This document shows, one piece after another, positions 8,577 through 16,651 of a DNA stretch of 20,000 nucleotides. The notes beneath the pieces were generated by a model, which had not been told where the DNA came from, ran no database searches, and saw nothing but the letters and a program-made list of their open reading frames with translations. Every line of letters starts with the position of its first letter. The first letter of the stretch is position 1. The stretch is from contig DHPR01000027.1 of assembly GCA_002410925.1 (NCBI GenBank), positions 57,676 through 77,675 of the forward strand. The letters run 5' to 3'. Source of the stretch: a bacterium UBP13_UBA5359 (lineage in GTDB: Bacteria; UBP13; UBA5359). The translations under genes and the position numbers were made by a program.

Positions 8577-8837
8577 TCAGCGCGGTTCCACAATGAAACG
8601 GATGGCTGTTCGCTCTTCACCATCGATGATTATATCGGTGAACGCCGGTACACAGATCAAATCTATACCGCCGGGCGCAACAAACCCTCTGCAAATAGCC
8701 ACAGCTTTTATTGCCTGATTGATAGCTCCGGCTCCAATGGCCTGCATCTCTGCCTGCTGCCTCTCTCGTAGAACACCTGCCAATGCACCTGCTACGGCAT
8801 TAGGATTGGATTTGGATGATACCTTCAATACCTCCAC
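8577..8837 (-). CDS. spoVS: Stage V sporulation protein S (Alba-like fold)
   Basis: MEVLKVSSKSNPNAVAGALA...QAIGAGAINQAIKAVAI...PAF...GEERTAI; GTG start with RBS AGGAGG. Confidence 0.97.
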   Translation of the reverse strand: MEVLKVSSKSNPNAVAGALAGVLRERQQAEMQAIGAGAINQAIKAVAICRGFVAPGGIDLICVPAFTDIIIDGEERTAIRFIVEPR

Positions 8838-8939
8838 TATTACCCCTCCTCTGATACGTATAAACCGCCGATTAACGCATAAACACCGCCTATAATCGCT
8901 ATAATGCCTGTTAAAACCTATACGATAGTTACACTATAT

Positions 8940-8966
8940 ATTCGACTATCGCACAAAATATCCTTT
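8940..8966 (-). promoter_or_regulatory. SigH-type promoter upstream of spoVS
   Basis: Minus strand AAAGGATAT-11 bp-GTCGAAT fits the Bacillus SigH consensus RNAGGAWWW-N11/12-RNNGAAT; spoVS is SigH-dependent in B. subtilis. Confidence 0.7.
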
Positions 8967-9093
8967 TTTCGAAGCTTGGGAAGGCGTAGCAGCGCTTTCC
9001 ATGCCGCTAGAATATCACAGCAAGCAACTGCAATATCAGATGGAGGCCGTTGGCCAGGGTTTAATTGTTCACGTTAATTATGACCTGTTTAAT

Positions 9094-10224
9094 TTATGAA
9101 GCCCTGCTCTCAAACTCCAGCATGATCTGCCTTACCAGGGCTGTTAAAAGATAGAGATCATCGATTTTGATTCTTTCTGAGGTAGAGTGGACGCAATCCA
9201 TTCCCGTAGATAGATTTACAACTTGAAATCCTCCCCGGTTAAAGAAATTGGCATCGCTGCCGCCTCCGCTGGAGACCGTCTCCGGCCTGAGCCCCAATTT
9301 CAATGCGGCACGCCGGGCCAGCTCTACGGGAAGAGCGGTATCGGGAATATAAAAAGAAGGATAATCCTTGCGCCATTCAAATTTTACCTCTGCCCCCTGC
9401 AGAGAGAGAGATTTAAAGATCTCTTCCGTCTCAGCCGTCAAAGTTTCCAGCCTGGCTTCATCGAGACAGCGTAGTTCGCCATAGATGATAACCCTTTCCG
9501 GCACAATATTAGTAGCCACGCCCCCCTCTATGCGCCCGACATTGGCTGTGGTCTTTTCGTCGAGGCGCCCGAGCTGAAGAGCATTGATAGCCTGCGATGC
9601 TAAAGATATGGCATTCAAACCGTCTTCGGGATTTATTCCGGCATGTGCAGCCCGTCCTCGGATCATTACCTCATAGCTGTTGTGCGCAGGCGCAGCGGTA
9701 ATCATACAACCGATGTGCCCATTGCAATCAAGAGCATAGCCCCAATCGGCTTGCAAGCGGCTCAAATCGAAATTTCTGGCGCCCAGCAGCCTCTGCTCCT
9801 CTGCTACAGTGAAAAGTATTTCCAGAGGAGGAATATCTTCGTTATCCTCCACCATAGATAGAACAGCCTCCAGAGTGGCAGCTATACCGGCCTTGTCATC
9901 GGCACCCAGAACTGTCTTGCCGGAACTGACAATAAAGCCGTTTTTCAGGCGTGGTTCTATACCATATCCCGGCTCCACCGTATCCATATGAGCATTGAAA
10001 AAGAGCGGTCGGGAACTTTTGCCTGTACCAGGCCGACGCAACAAGAGGTTGCCGCAATTCCCACCGATCTTTTGGCCGGCATCATCAAAGGAGTATTCAA
10101 AACCCAGCGGCGCCAAATGTTCCAGCAAATATTCTGCAAAGCTTCGCTCATGAAAAGACGGGCTGCTTATGGAAACCATTTCCATAAATGACCTTATAAG
10201 TCTTTCACGATTAATCATTTTCAT
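9094..10224 (-). CDS. M20-family metallopeptidase, peptidase T-like (YqjE type)
   Basis: AHMDTV, LGADDKAG, EE, AHAG-x-x-PE-x-G, GGGSDAN and H-x-x-x-E motifs; overlaps the gamma-subunit stop. The start may instead be ATG 10218. Confidence 0.9.
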   Translation of the reverse strand: MKMINRERLIRSFMEMVSISSPSFHERSFAEYLLEHLAPLGFEYSFDDAGQKIGGNCGNLLLRRPGTGKSSRPLFFNAHMDTVEPGYGIEPRLKNGFIVSSGKTVLGADDKAGIAATLEAVLSMVEDNEDIPPLEILFTVAEEQRLLGARNFDLSRLQADWGYALDCNGHIGCMITAAPAHNSYEVMIRGRAAHAGINPEDGLNAISLASQAINALQLGRLDEKTTANVGRIEGGVATNIVPERVIIYGELRCLDEARLETLTAETEEIFKSLSLQGAEVKFEWRKDYPSFYIPDTALPVELARRAALKLGLRPETVSSGGGSDANFFNRGGFQVVNLSTGMDCVHSTSERIKIDDLYLLTALVRQIMLEFESRAS

Positions 10225-10774
10225 TACCTGCCTGTGCTAATTCTCTGCCTCGCTCTATAGCTGCGCGGTTGATCGGTATAAGATCGGGGCGCTTTACGGC
10301 ATCAACAAAAGCCTTTTGCAAAGCAGCTTCCACAGCTTTTTCGGACGGACCGCCACGTATTCCCAGATAACATCCCAGCATGACCATATTGCTCGCTTTA
10401 GGGGCACCCAACTCTTCAGCTATACTTTGAGCAGGTACACTGACCAGATGTATATCACGGTCCAGCTTCGGTATATGCCCGATCATTGAGGAATTGGCCA
10501 CCACTATACCGTAACGGCGAACGGCAGGCAAGAACCTATCCAATGAAGGGCTGTTCATAACAATAAGCGTATCAGGCCGGGAAACTACCGGAGAGGCTAT
10601 GGATGTATCGCTTATAACGACGGAGCAGTAAGCTGTCCCTCCCCTCATCTCCGGGCCGTAAGAGGGAATCCATGACACCCTTTTGCCGTCCAGCATACCC
10701 GCATAAGCCAGAAATTGCCCCAGAAGCATTACGCCCTGGCCGCCGAAGCCGGATATAATCAACCTGTCTTTCAT
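10211..10774 (-). CDS. 2-oxoacid:ferredoxin oxidoreductase gamma subunit
   Basis: SGFGGQG, PSYGPEMRGG and NMVMLG motifs; start placed at MKDRLII (ATG 10774), after AAGGAG. Confidence 0.93.
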   Translation of the reverse strand: MKDRLIISGFGGQGVMLLGQFLAYAGMLDGKRVSWIPSYGPEMRGGTAYCSVVISDTSIASPVVSRPDTLIVMNSPSLDRFLPAVRRYGIVVANSSMIGHIPKLDRDIHLVSVPAQSIAEELGAPKASNMVMLGCYLGIRGGPSEKAVEAALQKAFVDAVKRPDLIPINRAAIERGRELAQAGNEND

Positions 10775-10781
10775 AGTAGCC

Positions 10782-11510
10782 TTACTCCTTAAATATGCCC
10801 ACAGGAAAAGTCTCCTGCATCTCATTTTCTATCCAATCCATGGCATCTCTGGGCTTCATACCCCAATTGGTTGGACAGGTAGAGAGCACTTCCACCAAAG
10901 CATAAGCGTTCTCCTCAATCTGACGACGAAAAGCCTCCCGTAGAACCTTACGGGCATTCAGTATGCTCTTATAACTTCCTACGGATACTCTGGCTATATA
11001 AGAGGGGCCGTCAAGGGTAGCCAGCATTTCGCAAACTTTGATAGGATATCCCTCTTTAGCGGCATTTCGTCCATACGGCGTAGTTTGTGTACGCTGGCCA
11101 AGAAGAGTAGTCGGCGCCATCTGGCCGTTGGTCATGCCATAAATGGCGTTATTGATGAATATAACAGTCAGCGGTTCTCCGCGGGCGGCCGTATGCACGG
11201 TTTCCGTCATGCCGATAGCTGCCAGATCACCATCCCCCTGGTATGTAAAGACTACTTTGTCAGGCAAAACACGCTTGATACCCGTAGCCACGGCCGGTGC
11301 TCGCCCGTGCGAGGCCTCCTGCATATCAATGTCCAAATAATCGTAAGCCAGAACGGCACAGCCAACAGGGCAAACACCGACCGTTCTCTCCCGAATATCC
11401 ATCTCTTCGATGATCTCTGCCACAAGGCGGTGAACAATGCCGTGCGTACAGCCGGGACAGTAATGAAACACCTTATCTTTGAGCACTTTCGGACGTTCGA
11501 ATACTCTCAT
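10782..11510 (-). CDS. 2-oxoacid:ferredoxin oxidoreductase beta (TPP-binding) subunit
   Basis: YCPGCTHG, HGRA, TPP motif GDGD...NNAIYGMT, and CPTNW. Confidence 0.95.
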   Translation of the reverse strand: MRVFERPKVLKDKVFHYCPGCTHGIVHRLVAEIIEEMDIRERTVGVCPVGCAVLAYDYLDIDMQEASHGRAPAVATGIKRVLPDKVVFTYQGDGDLAAIGMTETVHTAARGEPLTVIFINNAIYGMTNGQMAPTTLLGQRTQTTPYGRNAAKEGYPIKVCEMLATLDGPSYIARVSVGSYKSILNARKVLREAFRRQIEENAYALVEVLSTCPTNWGMKPRDAMDWIENEMQETFPVGIFKE

Positions 11511-12574
11511 TCTTTCATCCCCCTGAGTATCTTTCCGGCTTCATGCACAATCTCTTCCACCGAAGGAACCATGCCACCCGTACGGCCACAGAAATGTACC
11601 GGACAACGGCCTTCCACCGCCAGACGAACATCATCCACCATCTGTCCCATATTCATCTCCACCGTCATGACCGCCTTTACTCGGGAAGATACCTCCTTGA
11701 TCCGCTCTTCCGGAAAAGGGAAAAGTGTTATAGGACGAAGCAAACCGACCTTATGCCCTCGTTGGCGCAACTTATCCACCACATCGCGGCAGATTCTGGC
11801 AGTAGTGCCGAAGGCCGTCAGCAGAAGTTCACACCCCTCCGGTATATCCTCCTCAAAGCGAACTTCACGACGTTTCATGGTCTGGAACTTTCGATATAGC
11901 TTACGGTTATGCGCTTCCAACTGCTCCGGTATCAAATAGAGAGACTTGACGATATTCCTGGGTCTGCCGGCAGTACCGGTGGTAGCCCAGTCCTTTGGCG
12001 GAAGCTTTCGCTTTCTGAATTTGCAAAAGCTTACCGGCTCCATCATCTGGCCCAGATTACCATCCCCAAGAATCATTACGGGATTACGATATACATCCGC
12101 CAGATCAAAGGCCAGCATGGTTAGATCGGCCATCTCCTGAACGGAATCAGGTGCCAGAACGATAAGACGATAATCTCCATGCCCTCCGCCTTTGACGGCT
12201 TGAAAATAATCCGACTGGCTGGGCTGAATGCCTCCCAATCCCGGGCCCCCACGCATAATGTTGGCAATGACGCAGGGTAATTCAGCTCCTACCAAATAAG
12301 ATATTCCCTCCTGCTTTAGAGATATGCCCGGGCTTGAAGAGGACGTCATAACTCTGGCCCCTGCACCGGCAGCGCCATAAACCATATTTATAGCAGCCAG
12401 TTCACTCTCAGCTTGAATAAAAACGCCGCCTGCACGAGGCATATAGGCAGCCATATGGGCAGGCACTTCATTTTGAGGAGTTATGGGATAACCAAAAAAA
12501 TATCGGCACCCAGCCATAATAGCGCCCTCAGCCATAGCCTCATTGCCTTTCATCAAAACCTGCTTTTTTTTCAT
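11507..12574 (-). CDS. vorB: 2-oxoacid:ferredoxin oxidoreductase alpha subunit (VorB-like, 3-methyl-2-oxobutanoate dehydrogenase type)
   Basis: MKGNEA, GYPITPQ, QAESE, TSSSSPGISLKQE, RGGPGLG, KGGGHGDY and VEMNMGQM motifs, typical of the VorB clade. Substrate specificity is inferred. Confidence 0.85.
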   Translation of the reverse strand: MKKKQVLMKGNEAMAEGAIMAGCRYFFGYPITPQNEVPAHMAAYMPRAGGVFIQAESELAAINMVYGAAGAGARVMTSSSSPGISLKQEGISYLVGAELPCVIANIMRGGPGLGGIQPSQSDYFQAVKGGGHGDYRLIVLAPDSVQEMADLTMLAFDLADVYRNPVMILGDGNLGQMMEPVSFCKFRKRKLPPKDWATTGTAGRPRNIVKSLYLIPEQLEAHNRKLYRKFQTMKRREVRFEEDIPEGCELLLTAFGTTARICRDVVDKLRQRGHKVGLLRPITLFPFPEERIKEVSSRVKAVMTVEMNMGQMVDDVRLAVEGRCPVHFCGRTGGMVPSVEEIVHEAGKILRGMKE

Positions 12575-12589
12575 AATCGAATTTTCTCC

Positions 12590-12796
12590 TTATCGATCAA
12601 CAGCCGTTATAGCTACATCCGGGCACACAGTGGCACAGACAGCGCAGCCGCTGCACTCTTTCATCTCTTTTATTTTCACCGGATAATAGCCCGATGAATT
12701 AAGTTTATCAGACAAGGTAAAAAGCTGTTTAGGGCAGAAAGAGACGCAAAGCAAACATCCCTTGCATCTCTCTCTATCAATAATGACTTCAGCCAT
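12590..12796 (-). CDS. 2x[4Fe-4S] ferredoxin-like delta subunit of the oxidoreductase
   Basis: CKGCLLCVSFCP and CSGCAVCATVCP. Confidence 0.93.
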   Translation of the reverse strand: MAEVIIDRERCKGCLLCVSFCPKQLFTLSDKLNSSGYYPVKIKEMKECSGCAVCATVCPDVAITAVDR

Positions 12797-12857
12797 AATT
12801 ACATCCTCTTTTTCTTATTTCTCTTATTCTTCAAAGAAGGGTTCAATCCCTTTTGTT

Positions 12858-13211
12858 TCATTCATCTGCATAACGAGCTGCTCTCTTTCTCCACCTGGCC
12901 ATTGCATAGCCAATCAATCCACCGATCAGGGATATAACTAACGGAAAAACTATGCCCATAATTATAATCGACATTCTGTTATCCACCGCGCCGGCCAACA
13001 GTTGCTTGCAAGAGGATATCTGCTGGCTGGGAGAAATAATCAGCGTTATCAAAAGCAGCAACGGTCCCAGAAACCAATTGCGCCCGATATATGAAGCGAA
13101 GAAAGCCCCCCAGAACAGAGCAATGTATTGGGGTGCCGGATCTGGAAAGAAAGAAAGCCTCCAGCACAAGAGAAACATTCCCACCAGCAAACCGATTATC
13201 GATCTTAACAT
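12858..13211 (-). CDS. Hypothetical small integral membrane protein (about 4 hydrophobic segments)
   Basis: Hydrophobic stretches and a basic C-tail (RWRKR); its ATG overlaps the end of the thiE-like gene, with AAGGAG upstream. Confidence 0.7.
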   Translation of the reverse strand: MLRSIIGLLVGMFLLCWRLSFFPDPAPQYIALFWGAFFASYIGRNWFLGPLLLLITLIISPSQQISSCKQLLAGAVDNRMSIIIMGIVFPLVISLIGGLIGYAMARWRKRAARYADE

Positions 13212-13783
13212 TTTAAAATCTCCTTTAGTCCCGATATCATAGCAGCCGCTATTGCTCCGCAGGCCAGAACCTGCGGCACCCTGTCCGGAGTAATGCCTCC
13301 TATAGCCACTACAGGCAGATCCACAGCCTCGGTTATCGCGGACAGCCCCTCTAAGCCTATTACCGGCAAATGAGGCTTATTCGGCGATGCGTAAACCGGC
13401 CCTACACCCAGATAATCTGCACCGGCAACGGCAGCCGACGCTGCAGCCTTAGGATTGCGGACAGTCACACCTATAACAGCACCGGGCCAGCACCGTCTTA
13501 CATCTTTAGGAGGCAAATCCTCATTACCAAGGTGAACGCCATCGGCTTCAGCTAGATAGGCGATATCAAAACGGTCATTGACCAACAGCAAGGCATCGTT
13601 ATCATGACACAACCGCGCCATGGCAGAGGCTACGGTCAATATCTCTCTATCGGAGGAATTCTTGCTTCTCAACTGAAAGAGCCTTATCCCGGCGTCCAGC
13701 AGATACAACAAAAGATCTCTCCAGCCTTCATCAGAAGAGATGATGGCATATACCTGTCCTTTATCATTCATTCGTGCCATCAT
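13205..13783 (-). CDS. thiE: Thiamine-phosphate synthase family protein (ThiE/TenI)
   Basis: QLRSK, LLVNDRFDIA, ADGVHLG-x-x-D, GADYLGVGPVY and PVVAIGGI motifs. Start uncertain (ATG 13783, 13780 or 13771, or TTG 13798). Confidence 0.8.
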   Translation of the reverse strand: MMARMNDKGQVYAIISSDEGWRDLLLYLLDAGIRLFQLRSKNSSDREILTVASAMARLCHDNDALLLVNDRFDIAYLAEADGVHLGNEDLPPKDVRRCWPGAVIGVTVRNPKAAASAAVAGADYLGVGPVYASPNKPHLPVIGLEGLSAITEAVDLPVVAIGGITPDRVPQVLACGAIAAAMISGLKEILKC

Positions 13784-14021
13784 ATTATCAAGCCCCAATA
13801 CATATTAAGGCATTGGGAAAATAAGTGCAACCGGGTAGCCCTATTCGGTTGTTTTTATGCTCCATAGTTTTACAGTAGTTGCTCGGCACCGGAACGGCTG
13901 ATAGACCCATAATCAGAGTCTTTCCGGATTATTTGTCAAATTTTATTCGCTTTTTAGTTACCTATCATTATCCGTTATAGTACAATACGCTTATATTCTA
14001 CCATAGCGAAGGAACCCTAAT

Positions 14022-14058
14022 AAAAAACCGGTAACCCGCTTGTTTACCGGGCTGCCGG
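14022..14058 (-). terminator. Intrinsic terminator about 150 bp downstream of the GerMN gene
   Basis: Minus strand CCGGCAGCCCG-gtaaacaag-CGGGTTACCGG followed by TTTTTT. Confidence 0.7.
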
Positions 14059-14206
14059 CTGCCTTTGCTTCCGCTTTACTGTAAAAGTCAGGATACCCCT
14101 TAGCTCACTGTCCGAATTTTGGGGTACACCATAGTTTTGTCAAGTGCGAAGAGTCGACCCCCTATCAGGCTTTGAATCATGATATGCTCGGGATTTTTAT
14201 CAGAGA

Positions 14207-14758
14207 TCAAAACTCCTTGGGCACATCTGCTCTTCTCAGAGGATGATCGATGATAAAACCCTCGCCGCCAAAAGTCTGCCGCTCCTTGCCGTCAATCATG
14301 ATTCTAACGGCATCCACACCTTTTATAGCTGTAGCCGTATAGACTATCTGAGCCAATCTGGAACCAATCGAAGCTGATCCGCCGCCGCTTTCCACGGTCT
14401 GGTTGAAATTCAGATAGGCTACACCCTCTTCCTGACTGAAATCCAACAACCAGGTTCCTTCCGGTATATTGCTTACCAGGCCTGCCGTACTCTCTGCAGA
14501 GGTCGGCCCTTCCAGGAGATCCTTCATGGCAGCAGGCAGCGCCTCTTCACCAGGATTCAGAGTTCGTTTGACCGGTGCCAGGCTTCCCTTGCCTGTCTGG
14601 TTATCCCACCTGGTAAAGTAAATCTCTACCTCTCCGGCAGGCCTTGCCCTGACAGGCGGCTTCATGGGCTCACCAGCCCTTTCAACTGCCAACTGATAAC
14701 TGATAAAGGCGGAGATGACTATCGATACCAGAGCTATTATTAATATCAAACGTCTCAT
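14207..14758 (-). CDS. GerMN-domain protein with an N-terminal signal/anchor helix
   Basis: Hydrophobic N-terminus; LLEGP, S-x-IP-x-GT-x-L, LNF, GGGS-x5-L-x-QIVYTAT and V-x-I-x-IDG motifs. Confidence 0.85.
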   Translation of the reverse strand: MRRLILIIALVSIVISAFISYQLAVERAGEPMKPPVRARPAGEVEIYFTRWDNQTGKGSLAPVKRTLNPGEEALPAAMKDLLEGPTSAESTAGLVSNIPEGTWLLDFSQEEGVAYLNFNQTVESGGGSASIGSRLAQIVYTATAIKGVDAVRIMIDGKERQTFGGEGFIIDHPLRRADVPKEF

Positions 14759-14793
14759 ATCGGGCCTCCAAAATCACGGTTTACAGACGGCTG

Positions 14794-15321
14794 TCACAGC
14801 ACCCTGAACCTGGATAAAGGCCAAAAAAGAAGTTTGGCTCTACCCAACACCGAAGCAAGAGGTATCGGCCCCCAAACGCGACTGTCCTCGCTATTGTTGC
14901 GGTTATCTCCCATAACAAAAATCGTTCCGTCCGGGATACGGTAAGCTACCGCATCGCCGATCATAGGCTCTTTCAGATAAGGTTCTTCCAGTCTCTTGCC
15001 GCTGATATATACATGTCCGTTGTAAATGCCTATCTCTTCGCCAGGCAGACCTACAACACGCTTTACCAGCTCTTCGCCGGTCATAAGAGTATCATCATAT
15101 TGGATGCTGACAACATCGCCTCTCTGAGGCTGATATACCCCTTGTGTGCGCAAATAGATAAACCTGTCTCCGACATTGAATGTCGGAGACATAGACTGGG
15201 ATATAATCTCAGATGATTGAAAGAAGTAGACACGCAAAACGACAACTGCGGTTATTGCCACAAGCAGTATGCAAATCTCCAGAATAAAACCTGCGCGCGA
15301 CTCTCCAGCTTCTTCAGACAT
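14794..15321 (-). CDS. lepB: Signal peptidase I (Gram-positive type, single TM)
   Basis: S-x-SM-x-PT (catalytic Ser), RGDVV, VKRVVGLPGE (catalytic Lys) and GDNRNNSEDSR. Confidence 0.95.
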   Translation of the reverse strand: MSEEAGESRAGFILEICILLVAITAVVVLRVYFFQSSEIISQSMSPTFNVGDRFIYLRTQGVYQPQRGDVVSIQYDDTLMTGEELVKRVVGLPGEEIGIYNGHVYISGKRLEEPYLKEPMIGDAVAYRIPDGTIFVMGDNRNNSEDSRVWGPIPLASVLGRAKLLFWPLSRFRVL

Positions 15322-15358
15322 AAGCTCCCCCCATGACGCATATTGATCGATATACTAT

Positions 15359-16648
15359 TTATTTCTTTACCGAAGGGCGAACTCCTTCTTCAGGGCAAGC
15401 ACCACGTATTTGCCCTTCTCCCGCAATGATGAACTTGCTGCTGGTCAGCGCTTGCAGGCCCATAGGACCGCGGGCATGAAGTTTTTGCGTACTGATGCCT
15501 ATCTCTGCGCCAAGCCCGAACTCGCTCCCATCGGTAAACCGGGTAGAAGCGTTGATGTAAACAGCAGCGGCATCGATTTCTCGAGTAAACCGCCTGGCGG
15601 CAGCCAGATTACCGGTTACAATTGCTTCGGAATGACCGCTGCCGTATTTTCTGATATGAGCAATGGCTTCATTCAGATCATCGACAACCTTTATAGATAA
15701 GGTGAGCGCCAGATACTCAGTATACCAATCCTCCTCGGTAGCCGGAACCGCCTCTTTGCATAGAGCGCATACCGTTTCATCGCCACGTATCTCAATACCC
15801 GCCTGACGAAAGCTATGGCACATATCCGGCAGAAATATATCGGCTATGCTACGATGAATGAGCAGTGTCTCCATAGCGTTGCAGACACCGGGACGCTGCA
15901 CCTTGGCATTGAAAGCTATCCTGGCAGCCATATTCAGATCGGCAGCTGCATCAACATAGGTATGACAATTGCCGACGCCGGTTTCTATAACAGGCACTTT
16001 GGCTTTCTCGATCACCGTTCTTATCAAGCCGGCCCCGCCTCTGGGGATCAGAACATCAATATAGCCGGCGAGCCCCATCATCTCTTCTGCTGCAGCCCTG
16101 TTGGTAGTCTCAATAAGCTGAAGAGCTTTCTTCGGCACACCAGCCTCCACTGCCGCCGCCGTGGCTATGCCGACCAGGGCCTTGTTGGAGTTTATAGCTT
16201 CCGAGCCGCCCCGAAGAATAACGGCGTTTCCAGCCTTCAGACAGAGTCCGGCTGCATCTACGGTGACATTTGGCCGGGATTCGTAGATAATGCCTACCAC
16301 TCCCAGCGGAACTCTGACCTTTACTATCTCCAGACCGTTGGGCAGGCGCCTGCCATCAACAACCTCTCCCACAGGGTCAGCCAGACCGATAAGCTCCTCC
16401 AGGCCGCGAGACATGGATTCCACCCGTGATTCATCAAGCATCAAACGTTCGATAAATGCTCCTGAGAGACCTTTTGCCCCGGCCGCCTCCATATCCAGCC
16501 TGTTTGCCTCAAGTATTTGTGCCGTTTCCCGGCGCAAGGCATCAGCGATAGCCTGCAATGCTGCATTCTTAACGGCAGTAGAAACCGTTCCCAGCACCGT
16601 GGCGGCCTCTTTGGCAGCGCCGGCCTTAATTCTGACTTCGCTATGCAT
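15359..16648 (-). CDS. proA: Gamma-glutamyl phosphate reductase
   Basis: PLGVVGIIYESRPNVT, VCNAMETLL, NASTRFTDG and ISTQKLHARGPMGL. Confidence 0.98.
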   Translation of the reverse strand: MHSEVRIKAGAAKEAATVLGTVSTAVKNAALQAIADALRRETAQILEANRLDMEAAGAKGLSGAFIERLMLDESRVESMSRGLEELIGLADPVGEVVDGRRLPNGLEIVKVRVPLGVVGIIYESRPNVTVDAAGLCLKAGNAVILRGGSEAINSNKALVGIATAAAVEAGVPKKALQLIETTNRAAAEEMMGLAGYIDVLIPRGGAGLIRTVIEKAKVPVIETGVGNCHTYVDAAADLNMAARIAFNAKVQRPGVCNAMETLLIHRSIADIFLPDMCHSFRQAGIEIRGDETVCALCKEAVPATEEDWYTEYLALTLSIKVVDDLNEAIAHIRKYGSGHSEAIVTGNLAAARRFTREIDAAAVYINASTRFTDGSEFGLGAEIGISTQKLHARGPMGLQALTSSKFIIAGEGQIRGACPEEGVRPSVKK

Positions 16649-16651
16649 AGA

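Noticed and set aside
9062..9080. Rex-like palindrome TAATTGTTCACGTTAATTA
   Set aside because: Poor match to TTGTGAA-N4-TTCACAA, and it lies downstream of the oxidoreductase operon rather than at its promoter.
11085..11939. 284-aa plus-strand ORF
   Set aside because: Entirely antisense to the oxidoreductase alpha and beta genes, with no recognisable motifs; a shadow ORF.
14022..14100. Possible c-di-GMP-I riboswitch (GCAAAG...GCGGGTTACCG on the minus strand)
   Set aside because: Lacks the GGCAAACC...GAAA stem and the CUAA receptor element; better explained as a terminator.
13862..14138. CRISPR or tracrRNA-like repeats (CCATAGTTTT twice; TTTTACAGTA inverted at 13868 and about 14077)
   Set aside because: Only 10-bp matches, no regular repeat-spacer period and no cas genes.
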